A stretch of 63,483 bases of DNA, the filler included. It is 4 parts of 4 records of this genome, joined end to end, with 100 filler letters (N's around TTAATTAATTAA, not from the genome) between each part and the next. Parts side by side here need not be neighbours in the genome. Positions count along the whole stretch, not along the records: positions 1 to 29,184 come from DRR723986_61098; 3 more parts are not named here. One strand, given 5' to 3'. Under the pieces are notes generated by a model. That model searched no databases, had not been told where the DNA came from, and saw only the letters and a list, made by a program, of their open reading frames with translations. Both the position numbers and the translations under genes were made by a program. This document shows positions 9,834 through 19,287 of this stretch, one piece after another (position 1 is the stretch's first letter; every line of letters begins with the position of its first letter).

Positions 9834-10616
9834 TTACTTCCTTTCTTGGATCAGTTTAAATAATAACTCCGGCTCATCTGTGGTGATGAAATCCGGGTTT
9901 TGATCAAGAAACCAATTCAAATCTTCCGCAGAGTTCACTGTCCAAGCATTTACTGTTAGCCCCAGATCCTGCGCTTCTTTGATCCATTGAGGATTCTTTT
10001 TCAGCAGATTAATATTGTAATCAAAGCCGAAAAATCCAGCCTCTTTCAATTCTGCTGGAGTCTTGTCTCCTGTCAAGTAAGCTACATTTGCATTGGGATC
10101 CATTTCAATAGCCTTCAAACCGCCTTCGTAGCTGAACGTGATGTAATCCACCCATTTTTGAGCTTTCATTTTTTTCACCGCTAGAACGGACTTTTCTGCC
10201 ACTTCAACGCTTCGTTCTACAGAGATTTTGGATGGCTTGATTTCAAAAATCAACTTGGTGCCTTTCTGTTTTTTGCCAGCTTTTAGGTATTCTTCTACGG
10301 TCGAAAGCTTCTCGCCATTTTCATGTTTAATGGTTAAAAGGTCTTTATAAGTAGAGGTTTCGATTTCCATACCTTCGAAATCCGCATCATGATTTACTAC
10401 TAAAACTCCATCGGAGGTCATCCACACATCAAACTCAGAACCTTCACAGCCTAGCTTCACAGCTTCTTTGAGAGAAGCCAAAGAGTTCTGAGGATGTGCT
10501 TGTGCTTTCCATGCACCACGATGAGCGATTACTTTATTCTTGTGAAATGATTTCTGAGCAAATGAAGCGGAGCTTGCTATCAAAAAAGTAAGAAGAGTGA
10601 AAAGTGCGAAACGCAT
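9834..10616 (-). CDS. Glycerophosphodiester phosphodiesterase (GDPD), exported
   Basis: IAHRGA, QNSLAS, EFDVWMTSDG..VVNHD, FEIK, AWTVN, ITTDEP; signal peptide. Confidence 0.92.
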   Translation of the reverse strand: MRFALFTLLTFLIASSASFAQKSFHKNKVIAHRGAWKAQAHPQNSLASLKEAVKLGCEGSEFDVWMTSDGVLVVNHDADFEGMEIETSTYKDLLTIKHENGEKLSTVEEYLKAGKKQKGTKLIFEIKPSKISVERSVEVAEKSVLAVKKMKAQKWVDYITFSYEGGLKAIEMDPNANVAYLTGDKTPAELKEAGFFGFDYNINLLKKNPQWIKEAQDLGLTVNAWTVNSAEDLNWFLDQNPDFITTDEPELLFKLIQERK

Positions 10617-10758
10617 AGGTGTAAGGTTTTAGTAAATACTAACTCTTCAAAAGTAAAAAATCGTTTGATAGGAAGATACCCAGTTGTCAGAATTCACAGA
10701 AACATAATGAGAGTTTTTTAATGGCATACATTGAGCATGGAAGGCTTACCCAAATTAA

Positions 10759-10789
10759 TAAAGGCTAACCCATATCGGGTTAGCCTTTA
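10759..10789 (-). terminator. Intrinsic terminator of the PRC-barrel gene
   Basis: 13-bp perfect stem TAAAGGCTAACCC/GGGTTAGCCTTTA with 5-nt loop. Confidence 0.75.
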
Positions 10790-10811
10790 GTCTGACTTGT
10801 TTAATCTTTTT

Positions 10812-11342
10812 TTACAGAAGTGGATTTCCACCTCTTCTTATATCGGACTGTCTATCGCCACGGTGATCCGTTTCTAAGAAGCCATCACCATATCTCTCAT
10901 CCCGAATACGTTCTGCTCCAATATCGAAGCGATCTTGGTCGTCATAGTAGGCTCTGTTTTCCAGATCATACCTTCCATACAAACTACGATCTTCTGCGCT
11001 ATAGTAGCTACGAACAGTGTGAAGAAATTCACCCTGCGGACCAGTAGGCCATGCGTCGCTGTCAAAACCGGGTGCATTTTCCAAGGTTTCTTTTGTTTCC
11101 TTCACTATGATCACATCGTCTTGATGCGGATGGAAACTGAAAGATTCTGCCGGCAAAGCCAAGAGTTTAGAACCTAAGTTGAGGAATCCATCATCTACTT
11201 TCAATACCACATAGTCAATTTGAAAGGTGGAAGTGTTGAAAATGATATCCTTGATGGAGCCTACAGATTCATCTCTTGCGGTTTTCACATTGCGGGATAT
11301 TGCATCTGATGCACTAAGTTGAAAATTATTTGAAATGTTCAT
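10812..11342 (-). CDS. PRC-barrel domain protein
   Basis: LSAS..V....E.VGSIKDII, YVVL...GFLNLGSKLLALP, KETLENAPGFD..AWP. Confidence 0.85.
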   Translation of the reverse strand: MNISNNFQLSASDAISRNVKTARDESVGSIKDIIFNTSTFQIDYVVLKVDDGFLNLGSKLLALPAESFSFHPHQDDVIIVKETKETLENAPGFDSDAWPTGPQGEFLHTVRSYYSAEDRSLYGRYDLENRAYYDDQDRFDIGAERIRDERYGDGFLETDHRGDRQSDIRRGGNPLL

Positions 11343-11384
11343 CTTGATAGTTGGTTAAGTGAGTTGATTATTTTAACTGACTTA

Positions 11385-11400
11385 TTCCAGATTTGTGCCA
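11385..11400 (-). promoter_or_regulatory. Possible sigma54-like promoter of the PRC-barrel gene
   Basis: Minus strand TGGCACAAATCTGGAA: good -24 element, imperfect -12 element. Confidence 0.3.
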
Positions 11401-11813
11401 TCCCAGCCTAGTAGGGTTTGAGGCCTGCCAAAGCGGATAATCAATTATAGGACTGTGAGTACCTTCCCCTATGTTGGAATGAATTTCCATTTGTTGGGTA
11501 ATGGATCGATGATTTTTTGCTAGGGTTTTAAGCAGCCTTGCAGGGAGTTCCTTCTTGCGTTTTGAATTTTAAAATTGCTCATTGAAAACGTCTTCTCATA
11601 CCCTCGTCGCTTAGGCGCGACAGGCTTCACTTTAAAGGTTCTTTGCGATAACTTAGAGGAAATAGGATGTTTGCCTGTGGCTATAGATGGATCGTTTCTA
11701 CGGTATGAAATGGCTATTTGCCAAGTGCAAGTCCTTGTTCATTGAGATTAAACATTGATCATTGGTCATTTTTCAGCTCAGTTCAGCTTCTGGAGCAGCA
11801 GGACGACTTTGGC

Positions 11814-11911
11814 TTGTTCCCTCTGCGTCAACCTCCGTGCACTCTGCTGTTAAATCCTAACAAATTATTTTTTTACCGCGGTGGACACAGAGGATTTCGC
11901 AGAGAGCGCAA
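11814..11911. repeat. Divergent pair of the 41-bp repeat (11814-11854 minus, 11871-11911 plus)
   Basis: TTTAACAGCAGAGTGCACGGAGGTTGACGCAGAGGGAACAA (-) and TTTTACCGCGGTGGACACAGAGGATTTCGCAGAGAGCGCAA (+), 16 bp apart. Confidence 0.75.
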
Positions 11912-11966
11912 GAATGAGTTTAAACTTTCTCCCTTGATCATTGAGTTTGAATATTGATAATTGATC

Positions 11967-12117
11967 ATTCACGGGTTACACCCGCGGTTATTGAAAGGTT
12001 TGACCACTTCGTGGTCGATGTCAAGGACTATTTGATAATGAAAAGATCCTGAAATGCCTGTCCCGATTTTTTTCGGGAGATCTAACTTTTCAATAGCCAA
12101 GGGTGGAACCCATGGAT
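11967..12117. repeat. REP/REPIN-like element with 39-bp imperfect inverted arms
   Basis: 11967-12005 vs reverse complement of 12079-12117: 30/39 identical; internal hairpins GACCAC-TTC-GTGGTC and TCCCGA-T5-TCGGGA. Confidence 0.65.
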
Positions 12118-12192
12118 TGACAAACAACCAAAAAGAATGTACGACCCCGAGGGCCTGCTTAATGGGCAATTCCAGGGTAATGCAGTTAAATC

Positions 12193-12232
12193 AAAAAAAA
12201 CACCTTGAAATCTTAAAATCCCAAGGTGTTTT
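12193..12232 (-). terminator. Intrinsic terminator of the heme-binding protein gene
   Basis: AAAACACCTTG...CAAGGTGTTTT stem with an A8 run on + (U-tract on -). Confidence 0.7.
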
Positions 12233-12258
12233 CGAAATGGTATAAATCTCGCAGTCTT

Positions 12259-14922
12259 TTATTTCTGCTGTTCCAAATAGGTCACTAACGAAGCTAGCTC
12301 TTCATAAGAAAGTGAATTAGCAAGCCCTGGAGGCATCATGGAAGTTTCCATCACCTTACGAGTCTTGATAGTGCTTTTGTCAAGTTTAGTTGCTGTACCA
12401 GTAATGTCCTGAATTACAACTTCGTCCGCGGTCTCAGCTGTGACAAACCCCATATAAGATTTGTTGTCATTTGTGTCGATCAGAACTGATGCAAAACCTT
12501 GTGAGATAGATGCATTCGGCTTCAGAATAGATTCAGTGATCTGAGAACGGTTCATAATAGAACCTATCTGCCCCATAAATGGACCTTTCAGCGGCTGACC
12601 TTTCTCGATACTATGACATGCTATGCATCCTTGGCTGGTGAAGAGGGTTTTGCCTTTCACTGGATCTCCTTTGAGATCTTGTACTGCGATCATCACATCT
12701 TCGATAGAAGAAGCTCCGACCTGTCCTTTTTTGCTTTTGATTTTCTCCAGATCCACTTCTGTTTCCTGAATCACCAAGTTGGATTGCTCTTCACCAAACT
12801 CTTCTATATCCATTCGATTACGCTCGTTTAGCTCAGTGAAGAATTGTCTTTTCGTTGGGTCCTCTTGGGCATTACGTTCACCTACCAAGAAGTCTTTGAT
12901 TTTGTCTGAAGCCTCCCAAGTGATGCCTTTGTAATACGGACCATGCGTGTCTGGGCGAGTTCCCCACCACCATGAACCGTCATAAGGAGCTTCTTTCTTA
13001 TACAATCTAGAAAGTGTACCCAAAATCTCAGCTTTCAACTCCATGTCATCAGTATCGCCATAGGCTTTGATCAAGCCATCCACTGCTTTCGGATCATGCA
13101 TGTAGCGCAAAGTCCAAAGTGCGATTTTTGAATTCTCTGTTCCAATAGCTTCTACAGCTGCATCCACCGCATGAAGTTTAACCAGTGATTTCACAGCTAC
13201 GTGTGGAAGAATAATGGCTGAATTAGGTGTAGCGTGTGGGCCTTCGGTGCCTTTCTCTGGCTGCTTGAATGAAGCTGGTACTTTCACTTTTAGCAATTCC
13301 TCAGCAGCTTCTGGATTGCCTATTCTTCCCAAAGCAACAATCGCCGCGGACTTCACACGGTCATTAGGATCAGTGACTCCCTCAATGAATGGGTCTAGTG
13401 GAACTCCCTGAAGGCAGGTTTTACGATCCGCCAGAGCTCTTAAGGCAAATTCTCTGATTTTCTCTTCCTGACTAAGTTTTACCAATTCTCCATTTCCATT
13501 TTCACAAGTAGCCTGCGCATAAGTGTAGATACCCGCAACTCTAGCTTCCAGCGGTAAAGTTTTATCAGTTGCAACAGAAAGTGCTGCAGCACCAGCTTCC
13601 TCAGGGAAACGAGCTAGCATTTCACGCTGAGCATGAAAGCGAGCAACGGAATTAGTGGCTTTAAGTAAAGCGGTTAATTCGTCAAGAGTTGCGGCTTTCA
13701 AGTCTGGAAAAGGTTCGTAAGTCCAATCCTTAGGTACTACTCTTACTACATATCCTTTTTCTTCACTGCCAAAATAGCCAGCCCCATCCCATGCAGCGAG
13801 AAACATGCGTCCGGAGGCATCGACATCTAAATCTGAGATTTGAGGAAGTTTGATGAATTCTTCAGTCTGCTGAGTAAAACCAGGGCCATCCATAGTTACC
13901 CTGTGAATGTACAATTGACTGCGGCCCCAATCCGCCATCATTGGCACGTGATTGTATTTTGCTGGCCAGCGATCATCATCCATAAAGTAACTACCAGTAC
14001 CTGATCCGCCACCTAGATCAACCAGTGCTGGTATGGTTTCTTCCGTGAAGTTTTTGAAAAAGTTAGGGTACCCGTACTCACCGGATTGGGTATAGTGAAT
14101 GAAACGAATATTCCAGCCACCTCCATCATTGGTATTGCCACGCGTATAAATATTCATAAATGGATCTATCGCGACATCGTAGATATTTCTTGTTCCATGG
14201 ATGTATTCTTCCATTTCGGTTCCGTCTGGCCGTACTCGGACTATACCTCCACCCAGCATAGTCATTTGCGTTCCATCTCTGTCAGTAGCATTGTGGAACC
14301 CAAAATCTCCAACTGCGATGTAAATCCAGCCATCGATACCCATTCTGATTCCATTAGTAGAGTGATCTGTGCCACGGGAACGTATGGATTCAGGTGATGA
14401 GATTCCCTCAATTAGCATTTTGGATGGACCATCAGCTACACCGTCGTTATCCTTATCTTCATAAACTACCAAGTTCATTCCCTCGGCTTTTCCAGTTTCT
14501 TCGGAAAATTGTGTGTGGAGAACAAAGACTTGATCTCTTACAGCGATTATTCCACGTGGGTTATCCACTTTGACAAACTCCGTGTGGGCATCCAGTTCGC
14601 CATCATTATTACTATCCACGAGTCGTACAATTGCTCCTTTTCCAGGCTCTTTACCAAGTGAACCCATCATATCTACCCCAACAAACACGTTGCCGTCGGG
14701 AGATACCGCCAATGCTGCAGGTGATGGAACTATATCCGGTCCCGCAAAATTAGTCATGATCAGCTCGGTACTGTCTGCGCCATGCATGGCTGTGTCTAGG
14801 GGGTACTGTGGATAGTAATTGGTAAGTTCTTCTAAGTCAGCTTTTCTGGTGTCGGGTTTTGAGCATCCGAATGCTAGAAAGGTGCCTATAATTGCTATTA
14901 TAGGAAGGGAAATTTTAGACAT
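12259..14922 (-). CDS. PVC-type membrane-bound dehydrogenase-like lipoprotein: beta-propeller + HEAT-like repeats + cytochrome c
   Basis: Lipobox AFGC; DHSTNGIRMGIDGWIYIAVGDFG and GTRNIYD propeller motifs; CIACH heme motif; SMMPPGL. Confidence 0.85.
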   Translation of the reverse strand: MSKISLPIIAIIGTFLAFGCSKPDTRKADLEELTNYYPQYPLDTAMHGADSTELIMTNFAGPDIVPSPAALAVSPDGNVFVGVDMMGSLGKEPGKGAIVRLVDSNNDGELDAHTEFVKVDNPRGIIAVRDQVFVLHTQFSEETGKAEGMNLVVYEDKDNDGVADGPSKMLIEGISSPESIRSRGTDHSTNGIRMGIDGWIYIAVGDFGFHNATDRDGTQMTMLGGGIVRVRPDGTEMEEYIHGTRNIYDVAIDPFMNIYTRGNTNDGGGWNIRFIHYTQSGEYGYPNFFKNFTEETIPALVDLGGGSGTGSYFMDDDRWPAKYNHVPMMADWGRSQLYIHRVTMDGPGFTQQTEEFIKLPQISDLDVDASGRMFLAAWDGAGYFGSEEKGYVVRVVPKDWTYEPFPDLKAATLDELTALLKATNSVARFHAQREMLARFPEEAGAAALSVATDKTLPLEARVAGIYTYAQATCENGNGELVKLSQEEKIREFALRALADRKTCLQGVPLDPFIEGVTDPNDRVKSAAIVALGRIGNPEAAEELLKVKVPASFKQPEKGTEGPHATPNSAIILPHVAVKSLVKLHAVDAAVEAIGTENSKIALWTLRYMHDPKAVDGLIKAYGDTDDMELKAEILGTLSRLYKKEAPYDGSWWWGTRPDTHGPYYKGITWEASDKIKDFLVGERNAQEDPTKRQFFTELNERNRMDIEEFGEEQSNLVIQETEVDLEKIKSKKGQVGASSIEDVMIAVQDLKGDPVKGKTLFTSQGCIACHSIEKGQPLKGPFMGQIGSIMNRSQITESILKPNASISQGFASVLIDTNDNKSYMGFVTAETADEVVIQDITGTATKLDKSTIKTRKVMETSMMPPGLANSLSYEELASLVTYLEQQK

Positions 14923-15138
14923 GCTAAAAATAATATTAGAGGTTTATTATTTCGGAATATGCGATTTGCACCCTCAAATATATCAGGTTCATTGATAAAA
15001 GGTAAGTTATTATCAATAGAAGCTCAGTACCAGTGAATTTTGGCGCATAAGTGATGCTTAGCGGTTAAATGTGTATTTATGGGCACAGTTAAAGACTCCA
15101 CTACGCTTACCAATTGAAGGTTAAACTGATTCTCTGTT

Positions 15139-16317
15139 TTACTTCAGTTGATTTTCAAACAAAAATATCCCGTTCTTATTTGCAATAACGATATCAGGTT
15201 TTCCATCCTTATTCATGTCTTCAACGGCAATGTTTAGACCGGCTCCCGAATCATTATCAATGATGTGCTCGCGGAAAAACGGGCCTATCATCGGGGTGAA
15301 TTCGAAATATAGCAAGTAGGGGGTGTCCTCGTCTCCCGCGTCATTTCCATTGTGTGCCAAGTACCTCTTTCCAGTGATCATTTCCATATCTCCATCTCCG
15401 TTCAGATCAGCCATAATTGTGGAATGGGTTTGGGCTGTTATGTTACTCATGAGGTGAGTTTTGAAAGTTGTATCATTCCTGTACTCATGCCACCATATAC
15501 CCATAGAATGCGCTGAGGAACTGACCACGTCATTATCCATGTCTCCGTTGACATCGAGAACCTGCATGTGGGAAGCAGGATCACTTATGAGCACTGGATG
15601 GAAAATCCAGTCTCCGGAATTCTTATCCGCTTTGCCTTCAAACCAACCTTCTGAGATCACTACGTCTTTGATTTTATCCCCGTTTACATCTCCGTAGCCT
15701 AAGCCATGCGAAAAACGATCAGTTCCAGGTACATTTTCTTCTGAAATATTAAAGCGCTTCCATTCAGTTGCTTCAGGTGTGGTTGGAGCTTGGAGCCAGA
15801 TAATTTGTCTTTTTTCATAGTCACCACACAAGATGTCGAGGCGGCCGTCCCCATCAATGTCCACAAATGCAGGCGACTCATTTGAGATGCCCACTGAGTC
15901 TGCGATGATATGCTTTTTCCAGTTGTTACTTTCTGTTTTTGGGTTTTCAAACCAATAAGCAGGAGTACCCGGATAATCTATAATGACCACATCATCCCAG
16001 CCATCGAGATTTACATCCATCCCTAGGTTTAAAAAGGAATTGCTGTATTCTTTTCTTGGGTCAAAAACTTTAGAAGGAGATATCTCATGGCGTGTCCAAT
16101 CCGGCGCTTCAAACCAATAGTAGCCTGCTATTATATCCAGCTGACCATCTTTATTCATATCGCCCACAGCCACTCCTTCAGAGAGAAAATCGCGTGTAAT
16201 TACAGTTTTTTTGAATTCCAGTTCATGTTCTTGGCTAAAAGCTGGATTAGTAAAGAGGAATAAAGTCATAATGACGCATAACCGTTGATACCCAAGTTTA
16301 AAAATGTTTCGCTTCAT
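15139..16317 (-). CDS. FG-GAP/VCBS repeat protein, exported
   Basis: Repeated DxNxDGxxD motifs (DMNKDGQLD, DVNLDGWDD, DIDGDGRLD, DVNGDKIKD, DLNGDGDME, DMNKDGKPD). Confidence 0.88.
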   Translation of the reverse strand: MKRNIFKLGYQRLCVIMTLFLFTNPAFSQEHELEFKKTVITRDFLSEGVAVGDMNKDGQLDIIAGYYWFEAPDWTRHEISPSKVFDPRKEYSNSFLNLGMDVNLDGWDDVVIIDYPGTPAYWFENPKTESNNWKKHIIADSVGISNESPAFVDIDGDGRLDILCGDYEKRQIIWLQAPTTPEATEWKRFNISEENVPGTDRFSHGLGYGDVNGDKIKDVVISEGWFEGKADKNSGDWIFHPVLISDPASHMQVLDVNGDMDNDVVSSSAHSMGIWWHEYRNDTTFKTHLMSNITAQTHSTIMADLNGDGDMEMITGKRYLAHNGNDAGDEDTPYLLYFEFTPMIGPFFREHIIDNDSGAGLNIAVEDMNKDGKPDIVIANKNGIFLFENQLK

Positions 16318-16392
16318 AATCGGTGCTATTTAAATTCAAGTAGTGACTATTGATTCCTTTTTGGTTTTTCTTCAAAGACTTCGGTTACATGC

Positions 16393-17208
16393 TTAGTGTA
16401 GTCCAGCCATGTCCCATTTTTGAATTATTTCTTTAATAAATTTAGAAACCTTTGCATTTACTTTCTGGAAGTATTCATCTGCCTGAGCTTGATTAAAATT
16501 TGGGTATCCCTGTCCCTCCTGATATAATCCTATAGAGGAAGGGAATGGAGTAGCGGACCAGGTTCCCGCTTCAGGATAGGCAGTTGCCAAATCGGCTCGG
16601 TATCTTTCTTTATGAACCAGAGTAGGGTCAATTGCCTGAATGTAAGCAGTCTCATTCAGTCCGGCATGCCCACCATCTTCTTTGAAAACTTCCATAGTAA
16701 CATCAGATGCAAACGACCACCAATTGATTACCAAGGTTCTTACGCCAAGTTCATTTGAAATTTCGGCCGTTACTTCTTGCAACACTTTAGTTTGTCCTCC
16801 ACCATGGCCGTTTAAAATGATAATATTTTTAAATCCATTTCTGGCAAGACCTTTTAAGATATCTCTGATAAAAGGACGATAGGCTTCTTCTGTGATTTGA
16901 AATGCTCCTGGATATGCAGCCATGCTACCGGTGATCCCATAATTTAGGGTAGGGGCAATGAGCGCATTTACATCTTCTGCTATTTCTTTTGCCATAGCTG
17001 TAGGAGCTGTATTATCTGCTCCGTTATTGACCACGCCATGCGGTTCGAGGGTGCCTGTAGGCAAGAGAACAGTGGGGATTTTCTCGGGAACAAACTCTGC
17101 AAATTCCATCCAATTGATTCTGTCCATCTCTCGTGAGGAAGGATTTTGCTGGGCAAAAAGAACAGTAGCATTGAGAGCGATTAAAATTGGCACTAAAAAT
17201 AATTTCAT
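16393..17208 (-). CDS. Creatininase / creatinine amidohydrolase family protein with signal peptide
   Basis: LLPTGTLEPHG, NGHGG, GGHAGLNETA. Confidence 0.88.
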   Translation of the reverse strand: MKLFLVPILIALNATVLFAQQNPSSREMDRINWMEFAEFVPEKIPTVLLPTGTLEPHGVVNNGADNTAPTAMAKEIAEDVNALIAPTLNYGITGSMAAYPGAFQITEEAYRPFIRDILKGLARNGFKNIIILNGHGGGQTKVLQEVTAEISNELGVRTLVINWWSFASDVTMEVFKEDGGHAGLNETAYIQAIDPTLVHKERYRADLATAYPEAGTWSATPFPSSIGLYQEGQGYPNFNQAQADEYFQKVNAKVSKFIKEIIQKWDMAGLH

Positions 17209-17438
17209 GTTTTAGATTTTAGCGGGCATTATATAGGGTGTAACCTACAATTTAACCTATGTCATTTCATACTTAGGTCCTTTTTCCAATTTTTTTTAGA
17301 ATAATTCCTCTTGTCCTAAATCCAATCGACCAACCTAGCTCGTAACTCTTTTTCAAATCACCTCTTCTAATTCTGATGCGTGATTGATTCTTTTCAATTG
17401 AAAACCATAACCGGATTATTAACCTAAACACTCAGAAA

Positions 17439-18146
17439 ATGAAAAATGAAGTAATTAAGCCACAAGGACTGGTCAAAAATGCCAACCGCCGACAATTCCT
17501 AAAAACAGGCTCACTATCAGTAGCCGCTGCGGGATTGATCATGGTAGGCTGTAAAGATGTAGAAGATCTGAATCCAATGCCTCCTGTAGGAGATGGCGTA
17601 ATGCTAGGCTCAGGAGATATCGGGATTTTAAATTATGCTTATGCACTCGAGCAATTGGAAGCAGCGTTTTATGCTGCAGTGTTGCAAGGATCCTATTTCA
17701 ACAATGCCAGTGCGGAAGAAAAAACGATCATGGGCGACTTGGAAAAGCACGAAAGAGCGCACCGAGAGTTTTTTAAAGCAGCATTAGGAGATGCAGCCAT
17801 TGCGGATCTGGAAGTTGATTTTAGTTCTATAGATTTCAGCAGCAGAACATCAGTGCTTGGCGCTGCCAAAACTTTTGAAGACTTGGGAGTAGCTGCATAC
17901 AATGGGGCTGGTCAGTATATTCAGAACGTAGATTACCTTTTGATAGCTGGGAAAATTGTATCGGTAGAAGCTAGACATGCAGCTGCGATCAGAGATTTGA
18001 TCAATCCAGGTTCTGCTGATTTTGCAGGTGATGATTTGATCGATGCCAATGGGCTTGAGCGTACGCTGACTTTCAGCCAGGTATTGACTGCCGCAAGTAC
18101 GTACGTGACTACACCAATAGATTTTAGCCAACTACCAACATCATAA
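17439..18146 (+). CDS. Ferritin-like domain protein (Ferritin_2 type), Tat lipoprotein
   Basis: NRRQFLK Tat motif and MVGC lipobox; ILNYAYALEQLEAAFY, HERAH, FEDLGVAAYNGA, VEARHAA. Confidence 0.9.
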   Translation: MKNEVIKPQGLVKNANRRQFLKTGSLSVAAAGLIMVGCKDVEDLNPMPPVGDGVMLGSGDIGILNYAYALEQLEAAFYAAVLQGSYFNNASAEEKTIMGDLEKHERAHREFFKAALGDAAIADLEVDFSSIDFSSRTSVLGAAKTFEDLGVAAYNGAGQYIQNVDYLLIAGKIVSVEARHAAAIRDLINPGSADFAGDDLIDANGLERTLTFSQVLTAASTYVTTPIDFSQLPTS

Positions 18147-18171
18147 TCAACCACTTTAAACTACACTAGAT

Positions 18172-18990
18172 ATGAACTTATTAAAATTGCTAGATAAAAT
18201 GTGCCCGGATACAAATAGTCCGGAAGAGAAGGAAGTTTTTTTCTCCAGAAGAGAGGCCTTTCGCCAGTTTGGAGACATGAGTAAAAAAGTAGCTATGGCT
18301 GCTGTGCCTCTTGGAATTCTGTCAGCTTTGCCTAAAGTAGCAAAGGCAGATACTGCAAGTTTGATAGGTGTATTGAATTACGCCTTAACCTTGGAGCATT
18401 TGGAGTATAGATATTACCAGATGGGGATAGAGTCAGGTGTAATTGATGGTGCTGATATGGCTATTTTCACCAAAATCAGAGATCATGAATTGGCTCATGT
18501 GAATTTCCTTCAAGAGGTAATTTCTAACGTGTTAATGGGAACACCAGTAGCTGAACCGGAATTTGATTTTACGGCTGGAGGCAACTTTATGCCATTCTCT
18601 GATTACCCTACATTCTTGGCGCTTTCTCAAGCTTTTGAAGACACAGGAGTGAGAGCGTATAAGGGACAGGCAGGAAATGTTATGGAAAATGATGTGGTTT
18701 TGACTGCTGCACTTTCTATACACTCAGTGGAAGCTAGGCATGCTTCTATGGTCAGAAGATTGAGAACAAAGAAAGGTCAGGATGATGTGAAAGGATGGAT
18801 CACCAATGACTCTATAGGATCACTTCCAGCAGCGACTCAACCGATTTATGCTGGTGAAGATAACGTATCACACGGGGGTGTAAACGTGGTAAATCTAACT
18901 GGAATAGATGCGGCGGCAGTTGCTGAAGGATGGGATGAACCGCTTAACAAAGATCAAGTGTTAGGGATTGCTTCGCTTTTCCTTGCATAG
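18172..18990 (+). CDS. Ferritin-like domain protein (Ferritin_2 type)
   Basis: SRREAF twin-Arg-like motif; LNYALTLEHLE, HELAHV, FEDTGVRAYKGQA, VEARHAS. Confidence 0.9.
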   Translation: MNLLKLLDKMCPDTNSPEEKEVFFSRREAFRQFGDMSKKVAMAAVPLGILSALPKVAKADTASLIGVLNYALTLEHLEYRYYQMGIESGVIDGADMAIFTKIRDHELAHVNFLQEVISNVLMGTPVAEPEFDFTAGGNFMPFSDYPTFLALSQAFEDTGVRAYKGQAGNVMENDVVLTAALSIHSVEARHASMVRRLRTKKGQDDVKGWITNDSIGSLPAATQPIYAGEDNVSHGGVNVVNLTGIDAAAVAEGWDEPLNKDQVLGIASLFLA

Positions 18991-19019
18991 AAAGAGTGAT
19001 TAGTTGGGGTTAAGTGGTT

Positions 19020-19055
19020 AGATGTCACTTCCGTTTGGAGGTGGCATCTTTTTTA
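19020..19055 (+). terminator. Intrinsic terminator after the ferritin-like pair
   Basis: AGATGTCACTTCC-GTTT-GGAGGTGGCATCT followed by a T run. Confidence 0.8.
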
Positions 19056-19096
19056 TTTAACCGCATAGCACCCAGAGGGAAACGCAGAGAAGGCAG
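19056..19096 (+). repeat. 41-bp dispersed repeat, copy 4
   Basis: TTTAACCGCATAGCACCCAGAGGGAAACGCAGAGAAGGCAG aligns ungapped with the other copies. Confidence 0.65.
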
Positions 19097-19287
19097 CTAT
19101 TTGTTATCGTTATATTGCTTCTACTGAAACCGGGTTTTACCGGGACTTTCTTGTGAATCTCCAGCAGATAGGCAGAGATAAAATTCTTAGATTTCCGCAG
19201 ATTTTATTCTGCTTATTACTCGCTAGCTTATAATATGCGCTTTCAGAGATTATAGCTCAATCTTATACAAAGCACAAGGCTGCAATC

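Noticed and set aside
11718-12245. Short ORFs in the long intergenic region
   Set aside because: They run through repeat elements and a terminator; no protein features
208-19096. CRISPR array from the 41-bp repeats
   Set aside because: Copies are dispersed, degenerate and in both orientations; no regular spacers or cas genes
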